DNA from: Clostridia bacterium
GTDB taxonomy: Bacteria > Bacillota > Clostridia > Saccharofermentanales > DTU023
Assembly: GCA_040766025.1 (NCBI GenBank)
Contig: JAXGRH010000004.1
Span: 78,779-142,778 of the forward strand
Direction of reading: 5' to 3'
Length of the DNA stretch: 64,000 nucleotides
The position numbers and the translations under genes were made by a program. This document shows positions 57,448 to 64,000 of the stretch, piece by piece. Every line of letters begins with the position of its first letter. The stretch's first letter is position 1. Below the pieces are notes generated by a model. That model searched no databases and was not told the DNA's origin. It saw only the letters and a list, made by a program, of their open reading frames with translations.

Positions 57448-57513
57448 CCAAGGGCCTCCCTGTTTTTAGCTTACGCTACGACTGATAATGATAGCACAGC
57501 ATGAGGTTTTCGA

Positions 57514-58974
57514 TCATTCTTGGTAAGCCACACTTGGGGGGACCGCGGCTTCTACGATCAGATTGCTGCCGGCCCCGTATTGGTGTTTCAGGGTCGAAAT
57601 CACGTCGAGTTCAACATCGCTGTGAAGTTTCAAATTGATGTCATAAAAATCTGTAATATCCGCGCGGTCATACATGATCCGATCGATGACGTACACAAGA
57701 TAGAGTGTAGAGGAAAGCGTTTCCCCCTCCTCGTAAGATGACTGGTAAGGTGTAGCCTCAACACAGGTCCCCTCGACCGAAACTTCGTAAATGATCGCGA
57801 TGAAATTATCTGCCCGGTCTGTTTGATCGTAGCCGTAGTAGATGCGCTTCACCCCGAAACGGTCGCGGTAATCCCACAGGCTCACCGGCTCGCCCGCCCG
57901 GTAGTCGCGATTCCAGTAGTTGCTTACAAGCCTTAGGTGGATATCTTGCTCAATCCATGTTTCGATTTTTTCAAACAAGGGAACAAGGTCAATATCGTCG
58001 AGGTTTCGGGGATATTCTTTTAAGCCCGTGGCCTCATACTCTTTTTCCAAAGCCACAGGCTTCAACCCACGCGTTGAGAACCATTGTTCGTCAATCTGCG
58101 CCTGAACAGTGAGCTTGTCACCGTTCGCCAATCCGCTTTCGGGAAAGGCAAAAAACTGCAAAGGCGCCCGGCCCATACTTCCCGCTTCAACCCAGTCGGA
58201 GGGCAGCCGTGTAGTGTCAAAAGACACGCTCCCCTGGTCACTGATGCCGTCAAAAATAAGGACAAGCTCGCCGAACAAATCGACTGAGGCCATGGGGGCT
58301 AACCCCTGCACCTCAAAAGACAGCGAAATCTCACGCGCGATCTTGCCGTGAGATGTCAGCACGGTGTTGTTGGGTACCACTTTTAATGCCACGCGCTCAC
58401 CGTTTGATAGGTTTGTTTTATCGCCCTGGAAAACAAAGTTAAAAGCATAGGAGAAGGCCTCCACATCGCCGTCGAGTTCGAGCGTGGCCGTACCCAGTCC
58501 GTCATACCCTTCAAAGAGTAGCTTGACATTATTCTTCACATCGATGGCCAAGGCATCTGTCAGACCTTCCACCCGATATTTAAACTGGGTGTTTTTGAAT
58601 TTGATGCCGGCGTCTTTAGCAAGTTGTTCGTCATAGCTGGCACGGATGTTGATTTCATCGCCGTTTTTAAGATCGGCCATCTGCTCCGCTGTGAAAATGA
58701 TCGAATTTAAAGCTGCCTCACGTTTAAACAAGCGCTCTAGACCCTTTTCGTCATTGTCCTTCAATTCCGACATCGCCTCTTCGATGAGGGCCGCAATCGC
58801 TTGTTCGTCCGTCTTGACGGCGATCGAGGCAAAGCCGTCCGCTCCGGTAAGCTCTATAGACGCCAAAGACTGCGCGTCAATGGAACGCGTTCCGCAGGCC
58901 ACAAGCGTCACAAGCAAGAATATAAAAATTAAGATTAATCCAATAGTTCGTTTCACAAACGGTCCTCCACCCAC
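57514..58974 (-). CDS. putative lipoprotein, function unknown
   Basis: Signal peptide with lipobox (FLLVTLVAC|GT). About 460 aa of soluble sequence with no motif I recognise. Confidence 0.5.
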   Translation of the reverse strand: MGGGPFVKRTIGLILIFIFLLVTLVACGTRSIDAQSLASIELTGADGFASIAVKTDEQAIAALIEEAMSELKDNDEKGLERLFKREAALNSIIFTAEQMADLKNGDEINIRASYDEQLAKDAGIKFKNTQFKYRVEGLTDALAIDVKNNVKLLFEGYDGLGTATLELDGDVEAFSYAFNFVFQGDKTNLSNGERVALKVVPNNTVLTSHGKIAREISLSFEVQGLAPMASVDLFGELVLIFDGISDQGSVSFDTTRLPSDWVEAGSMGRAPLQFFAFPESGLANGDKLTVQAQIDEQWFSTRGLKPVALEKEYEATGLKEYPRNLDDIDLVPLFEKIETWIEQDIHLRLVSNYWNRDYRAGEPVSLWDYRDRFGVKRIYYGYDQTDRADNFIAIIYEVSVEGTCVEATPYQSSYEEGETLSSTLYLVYVIDRIMYDRADITDFYDINLKLHSDVELDVISTLKHQYGAGSNLIVEAAVPPSVAYQE

Positions 58975-59070
58975 ACTTCACCGTGAAGGGGTTCTACTAT
59001 TGTCCGCCATTTTCTTTTATCTTTCAAGGAGAGCCCCGCGTGTGTGCTGCCATTTTGGTAGTATGAGCCT

Positions 59071-62000
59071 ATGGCGACATCCTTCCTGACTCTCGATCAA
59101 TTGCTCGCGGTACAATTCGACCGCCCTGCGAACCTGCTCCTGTCTGCCGCGGCCGGTTCCGGCAAGACCACGACACTGACGGAGCGCATTGTCAACCGGA
59201 TGCTGAAAGGAGCGGTGCTCCCTTCCGAACTGCTTGTCATTACCTTTACCGAACTTGCGGCCAAAGATTTGAAAGTCAAGATTGAACGCCGCCTGAATGA
59301 GGCGCGTGACAGGGCCGGTTCAAAAGAAGAAAAGCTCTTCTCAGACCGCCTGTTAAATGAACTCAGCCTCGCGCAAATTTCAACCATCCACGCTTTTTGC
59401 CAACAAATCCTAAACGCCTACCTGCCCGAATTCGCGGATGAAGAAGGAAAGGCCTTGCTCGAACCGGGCTTCCGAGTGATGGATAATGAGGAAGAACGAA
59501 AGCTTCGGGATGATTCGCTCGACACGGTCTTGCGTACTATTTACCGCCGGATCAGTGAGGCTGAATCCTTTGAACCCTTCATCCTGGCGGGCGAAAAACG
59601 GAGTGCCGATGACTGGCTACTTGATTTTCAAACGGTGGCGCGCGCTTATTCACCCGACTTGGATGACAAAGCATTTCGAGAAGCCATCCTTAGCATGCTC
59701 GAGTTATTGCGAAATCTCCCGCGCTATGAGGAACAGGCCGCCACTTCGTTAGAAACGCTGTTCCATCGGGCGCAACACTTCCCCTCCCCGGACGATCGGG
59801 CGGTCTCTTATTGGTGGGAGCTTTATGAGGAAAGCCTTGACAGCGCAAAGCGCTCCCTACGGGAGATGAATGACGACCCCTTCCTTAACGATGTCCTTAG
59901 AACCTCAAAGCTTAAAACAGAGCTGCAACTCGCCCAGGCGGTTGAGACCGCAAGCGGCGTGGTGGAGGCGCTCACGGGGTTATCCGGCCGTGATGCCGAG
60001 CATTGGGATGCTGTCCATGCGGTAGGCCAAGCGATCGATGACATTCGCCTGCCCGCTTTTTCGGGCGGTGAAAAGCTCTCCGAGAAAAACGAAGAAAAAA
60101 ACAGATGGATTGAGCAGTACCGCCAAACGATTCTGCCTCTTTTGGCCCTTCTTTCAGATCGGATAAAGCGAACAGGTCGTGACGCGGACGTCGTCGTCAA
60201 CCACCCGCCCGTGTTTTGTGCGTCTTCTTCACAAATACGACAGGCGCTCATCCATACCTGCCAACCGGTCGCGCGATTCATGGAAATCGTCCTCTTGACG
60301 GATCAGGAATTTAAAAAACGCCGCTTCCAACGCAATGCCATACAGTTCAGCGACATGGAACACAGCGCCTTACAGTTATTGAGCGACCCTCATATCCAAC
60401 AGGATTACCGTTCGCGTTTCAAGGAAGTCTATGTCGATGAATACCAGGATACGAGTAGCATCCAGGACGCGATCATTGAAAAGGTAAGTGACCAGAACCG
60501 GCTCGCGGTGGGGGACATCAAGCAGAGCATCTATCGTTTCCGCTACGCGAATCCACAACTATTTTCCCATCACGAAAAACATTCGCGGACGATCACGGCG
60601 GGCGAAGAAATTCCCCCGCTTCAACCGGGCGAATTGGGTTATCTGGCGCTTCTCAATCGCTGTTTTCGCACGCGCCCGAAAATCATTGATTTTATCAACG
60701 ATTTTTTTGACTCGTTTCTGACGGAAGTTTCAGGTGAAATTGAATACGATGAAACACAGCAGCTGATCGCCGATGACAATAAATGGAAAAAGATTGAAGA
60801 GAACGAAACCCTCGGAAAAAACTGGACTCCCTCTGTCGAAACGGTGCTTCATGTGGCTACCTCTGTGGCGAATCAATATTTGCCGGAGGATGACGAAGCG
60901 ATCAATGAGGACCTGGTGGCCCTAAGTCCCTTGAGGCCCGCTGCCCGAGAAGCCTTTATGGCGGTCGACATCATCCGTGAACTGACCGTCAAGGGCGTCA
61001 AACACGAGCAGATCGCCATCCTTTTACCCACGAACGACGACTGCCGCCAGTACGAGGAGATCCTGGCACTTTCGGGCATCCCCGTGACCACACGATCGGG
61101 GCGAAGTTTTGCCGACAGTTTTGTGTTTTCGCAGGCAGAAGCCCTGTTGTCACTCCTCGATAACCCCAGACAGGACATCCCCCTGTTGTCCATGCTCATC
61201 GGCCCTTTTAGTCCCGAAATCTGGTCGGCCAAAGAGTTGATGGAAGCCGCAAGGACGCCGATTGCTTCCCCTTCTGACAAGAAAAAGGCTTACGACATTC
61301 ATTTTCACGATCGCTTTTTTACGCTTTGCGAATCAGGCGAAGGCGCACTTTCTGACAAGGCACGCAGCTTCATGAGTCAAATCGAGCGGTGGCGCTTTTT
61401 GTCGCGTGAACTCGATCCGAAGGAATTGCTGGAACTCATCTTCTATGAGACGGACTATGCCTATTACCTGGCCCAGTCGAAGTTCGGCGAAAGCTATCTG
61501 TCGGAGCTTGACCGCCTGCTTGACTGTCTGACAGCGCCTGAACTTATCGGGCAAATCGGAATTCGCTCTGCATTATCAACCCTTCAACATTGTGAGGAAA
61601 ACCTGGGGGCGCCCTCCGACACAGCCTTGTTGCCCCGGGCGGTCCGGGTCCTCACCCGCCATCGAAGCAAAGGCCTGGAGTGGGATTATGTCATCTTGGG
61701 GCAGCTTGATACCGCGTGGAAACTGCTCGACCAAAGACCCATCATCTATTACACCGAGGCCGAGGGTCTGACAAGCGCGACGATAGAAGATCAGGGGATG
61801 GCGGTGATGAATAACCCGCTGCACCAGGCGACCCTGTTAGCGGAGGAGCGGCGTGCCCGCGCCGAATCCTGGCGCCTTTTGTATGTCGCTATGACACGCG
61901 CCATCCATGGCCTTTACCTGTTGTTATCGACCGACAGGGCGACCTTGGGCGATCGCAACAACTACCAGCTTATTTTGAAAAATGTTGAGCGCCATACAGG

Positions 62001-63072
62001 AGAACTTGGCTACGATGAACGAAAAAAGCGCGCGATCATCCCCTCCGTCCTATCGGCTTCCACCAAAAGTGACGCGGATTTGCTTTTGATGTACCTGGCC
62101 GCCCGCTATCCGGATACCACCGAACAGCTATTATCCTTGGAATCGGGGCGCGTGGCCCTTCATCCTTTCGAAACAATTGTGGTCACCGACTGGCACGATA
62201 TCGTTCGTAAAACGCTCATTCAAGGGGAAGCGCCTGTCGATGAAAATCAAGAAGAGGCGATTCCCTTTGACAAGGAAGCGATCGAAGAGACCGCCTTGGA
62301 ATTACTCACAAAACCGATCCCCCGCCCTGAGGCGGCGATCACACCGTCTAAAATTACTGTCACCGAGATGCAGCGCATGGGGCTTGAGACTACCCTCGGC
62401 CTTTATGATGAAGAAAGCACGACTGAATCCGTCCACACCGTCGACCCTGAAGACGGCAGCCGGGTGATCCGGGCCGAGATGCCGCTTACCATGCGCACAC
62501 GTGAAAAAGCGCCCGAGGATAGGGGTCCGTCATTTGGGACAACCATGCACAGCGTTTTTCGCTTCCTCGACCTCGAAAAGCTCTGTTTGGGGGATCCCGA
62601 AGAAGGCGCGCGTGAATACCTTGCTCAATTGGCCGAGATGTGTGAAAGCCATACGCTCACGAAAGAAGAGGAAAAAGCGGCCTCCTCCCTGGCGTCCCAG
62701 GCGGTGCGTTGGGCAAGAAGTCCCTTGGCAAAGCGCGTCATGAAAGTCGAGCAGGAAACGAAAAAACTCTACCGTGAGATGCCCTTCACCTTAGCTGTCC
62801 CCTCCAATCGCTTCTCTTCGGCCTTCCCCAAAGACGAGACGAGTCTAGTTCAGGGGATGATCGATCTGTGGTTTGTGGAAGAAGACGGCCAGGCGGTGCT
62901 TGTGGATTTCAAGACGGACCGACTGCCCTTTGAGAAGGCCGAAGCCATTCTCAAAGAGCGTTACCAGATCCAGATCAATGCCTACCAGGAGGCCATCGAG
63001 CGCGCCACGGGACGGATGGTCAAGGAGCGCTACATCTGGCTCATCCGCGAAGGCCGAGCGATCGCCCTTTAG
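59071..63072 (+). CDS. addA: helicase-exonuclease AddAB subunit AddA (UvrD-type helicase + nuclease)
   Basis: LLSAAAGSGKTTTLTERIV (Walker A), VDEYQDTS, TRHRSKGLEW and the C-terminal nuclease motif GMIDLWFVEEDGQAVLVDFKTD. 1333 aa. Confidence 0.9.
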   Translation: MATSFLTLDQLLAVQFDRPANLLLSAAAGSGKTTTLTERIVNRMLKGAVLPSELLVITFTELAAKDLKVKIERRLNEARDRAGSKEEKLFSDRLLNELSLAQISTIHAFCQQILNAYLPEFADEEGKALLEPGFRVMDNEEERKLRDDSLDTVLRTIYRRISEAESFEPFILAGEKRSADDWLLDFQTVARAYSPDLDDKAFREAILSMLELLRNLPRYEEQAATSLETLFHRAQHFPSPDDRAVSYWWELYEESLDSAKRSLREMNDDPFLNDVLRTSKLKTELQLAQAVETASGVVEALTGLSGRDAEHWDAVHAVGQAIDDIRLPAFSGGEKLSEKNEEKNRWIEQYRQTILPLLALLSDRIKRTGRDADVVVNHPPVFCASSSQIRQALIHTCQPVARFMEIVLLTDQEFKKRRFQRNAIQFSDMEHSALQLLSDPHIQQDYRSRFKEVYVDEYQDTSSIQDAIIEKVSDQNRLAVGDIKQSIYRFRYANPQLFSHHEKHSRTITAGEEIPPLQPGELGYLALLNRCFRTRPKIIDFINDFFDSFLTEVSGEIEYDETQQLIADDNKWKKIEENETLGKNWTPSVETVLHVATSVANQYLPEDDEAINEDLVALSPLRPAAREAFMAVDIIRELTVKGVKHEQIAILLPTNDDCRQYEEILALSGIPVTTRSGRSFADSFVFSQAEALLSLLDNPRQDIPLLSMLIGPFSPEIWSAKELMEAARTPIASPSDKKKAYDIHFHDRFFTLCESGEGALSDKARSFMSQIERWRFLSRELDPKELLELIFYETDYAYYLAQSKFGESYLSELDRLLDCLTAPELIGQIGIRSALSTLQHCEENLGAPSDTALLPRAVRVLTRHRSKGLEWDYVILGQLDTAWKLLDQRPIIYYTEAEGLTSATIEDQGMAVMNNPLHQATLLAEERRARAESWRLLYVAMTRAIHGLYLLLSTDRATLGDRNNYQLILKNVERHTGELGYDERKKRAIIPSVLSASTKSDADLLLMYLAARYPDTTEQLLSLESGRVALHPFETIVVTDWHDIVRKTLIQGEAPVDENQEEAIPFDKEAIEETALELLTKPIPRPEAAITPSKITVTEMQRMGLETTLGLYDEESTTESVHTVDPEDGSRVIRAEMPLTMRTREKAPEDRGPSFGTTMHSVFRFLDLEKLCLGDPEEGAREYLAQLAEMCESHTLTKEEEKAASSLASQAVRWARSPLAKRVMKVEQETKKLYREMPFTLAVPSNRFSSAFPKDETSLVQGMIDLWFVEEDGQAVLVDFKTDRLPFEKAEAILKERYQIQINAYQEAIERATGRMVKERYIWLIREGRAIAL

Positions 63073-63104
63073 TAAAGCGCAGCCTTACCAGGACAGTACG
63101 GCCA

Positions 63105-63902
63105 TCATGGCCGGATGATCGGATTCGGGTCCTGGAAGATAAGTGGCTTCCGTGACTTCAATCCCCCATTCAGCCGCACAAAGATATGGTCAATCCGCCG
63201 CTCAGGATCTATCCCTTGATCTTCATTGCCTCCGGGCCACCGGACAAGCCAGGCGTCGTCCATGACCGCTGTTGTGATCTGGTACTGTTCGGTGGGTGGG
63301 CGAAAGTTCATATCCCCCATCAGGATGACATTCTCTCGATTTTGAACCATCTCGAGCACATTTTCCTGCTGAAAAATGGGACCTTTATTCCCCAAGTGCG
63401 TGACAAAGACATTGAACACCTGTTCACCCACGGTGATTTTAGCCTCAATGGTGGCTGTCTGTTCCCCGATGCTGTACATATAGTGTGTCTTAGCGTCCTC
63501 GATCGGATACTTGGACAACAGCGCGATCCCAAAGGTTCCGTTCACGGTTTTCGGGCCGTAGTAAGCGTGCATATTGAGACCGGAAGCGAAGTATTTGACA
63601 AGATCCGCGTTCCCCGTGCCCATTTTGGCAACGTCGGATTCCTGCAGACCGAGGATGTCGGGGTCAAGCTCCCGGATCCGTTCTAACTGCTCTTTAAAAC
63701 CCTTTTCACCCGCGTCGTTGTAGCCGTGCTGGATGTTGTAGGTCAAAATATTTAAAGAACGTGCCGATGGGGGCGCGGCCTTGATCGGCGGGACAAGCGC
63801 GGCCGTCACCACAATTGCCAATGACAGCGCCAATAATACAAGGGGTCGGAGACTATTTCTTGGTTCTTTAGGCTTCTTGTTTTTCTGATTCCCCTTGTCC
63901 AT
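63105..63902 (-). CDS. secreted endonuclease/exonuclease/phosphatase (EEP) family protein
   Basis: Signal/TM segment, then LNILTYNIQHGYN...LGLQESD...FVTHL...GDMNF...IDHIF, the EEP motifs. Confidence 0.7.
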   Translation of the reverse strand: MDKGNQKNKKPKEPRNSLRPLVLLALSLAIVVTAALVPPIKAAPPSARSLNILTYNIQHGYNDAGEKGFKEQLERIRELDPDILGLQESDVAKMGTGNADLVKYFASGLNMHAYYGPKTVNGTFGIALLSKYPIEDAKTHYMYSIGEQTATIEAKITVGEQVFNVFVTHLGNKGPIFQQENVLEMVQNRENVILMGDMNFRPPTEQYQITTAVMDDAWLVRWPGGNEDQGIDPERRIDHIFVRLNGGLKSRKPLIFQDPNPIIRP

Positions 63903-64000
63903 TCTCCTTGATCAACACAAACGGCAGGGCGACCACAAGCGCCGCCACGAGATGGATGAGCCAATACTTATCGCGAAAGAAGGGGCCCACAAGCGGCATG
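63868..64000 (-). CDS. 3' end of an unidentified membrane-protein gene (5' part outside window)
   Basis: Minus-strand frame ...PLVGPFFRDKYWLIHLVAALVVALPFVLIKENGQGESEKQEA* ends at the TAA at 63870-63868. It overlaps the RBS and start of the EEP gene. Confidence 0.35.
   Translation of the reverse strand, partial: MPLVGPFFRDKYWLIHLVAALVVALPFVLIKENGQGESEKQEA

Noticed and set aside
1-64000. Prophage, IS element, integron or defence island.
   Set aside because: No integrase, transposase, recombinase, terminal inverted repeats, tRNA attachment site or recognisable defence genes were seen on either strand. The only compositional oddities are the small XRE islet and the two-component/adhesin region.

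Overview
64-kb chromosomal window, apparently from an anaerobic Firmicutes/Clostridia-like bacterium. That origin is inferred from gene content: Veg, LCP, AddAB, Rex, a sensory [FeFe]-hydrogenase and an LPXTG adhesin. It holds about 50 protein genes. I found no rRNA, tRNA, CRISPR array, transposase or integrase. Layout: (1) 1-13.6 kb, mostly minus-strand housekeeping genes (ccdA-like, yitT-like, LCP, dtd, ispE, veg, mnmA, aminotransferase, acyl-CoA ligase), plus a visibly AT-richer XRE + kinase-like pair. (2) 13.7-27.5 kb, an eight-gene minus-strand cluster: MocA/ModE-like fusion, FAD-less [2Fe-2S]/molybdopterin hydroxylase, HyuA-, SsnA-, YgfK-, YgeY- and YgeW-type proteins, and a TrpB/OrtB-like PLP enzyme. 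This is the 'selenium-metabolism-linked' molybdenum hydroxylase / anaerobic purine-urate type cluster, whose chemistry is still largely unassigned. (3) 28.5-37.1 kb, a giant vWA + isopeptide-domain LPXTG adhesin next to a 7TMR-DISM/LytS-type kinase and a REC-wHTH-BTAD regulator. The adhesin is broken by an indel-riddled tandem copy of one 432-bp domain unit. (4) 37-45.7 kb: Tim44-like protein, beta-hydroxyacid dehydrogenase, pdxS, then divergent rex, HydS-type sensory hydrogenase, PP2C phosphatase, lipid kinase and an MtnA/eIF-2B-like isomerase. (5) 45.8-52 kb, a compact selenium-utilisation locus: selD with an in-frame UGA (Sec) codon that the ORF track missed, yedE, a TusA-like gene, DUF3343, frameshifted selA, and selB. 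(6) 52-64 kb: addB and addA, unusually separated by two opposite-strand envelope genes, then an EEP-family gene. Cross-cutting observation: at least five reading-frame lesions sit in otherwise conserved genes (ccdA, acyl-CoA ligase, adhesin x2, selA). Most are single-base, deletion-biased or in homopolymers, which points to consensus or assembly error rather than biology. A roughly 350-nt structured leader or ncRNA lies behind a near-consensus promoter upstream of mnmA and matches no riboswitch or ncRNA family I recognise by eye. All coordinates, alignments and folds were done by hand from the sequence. No database searches were run.
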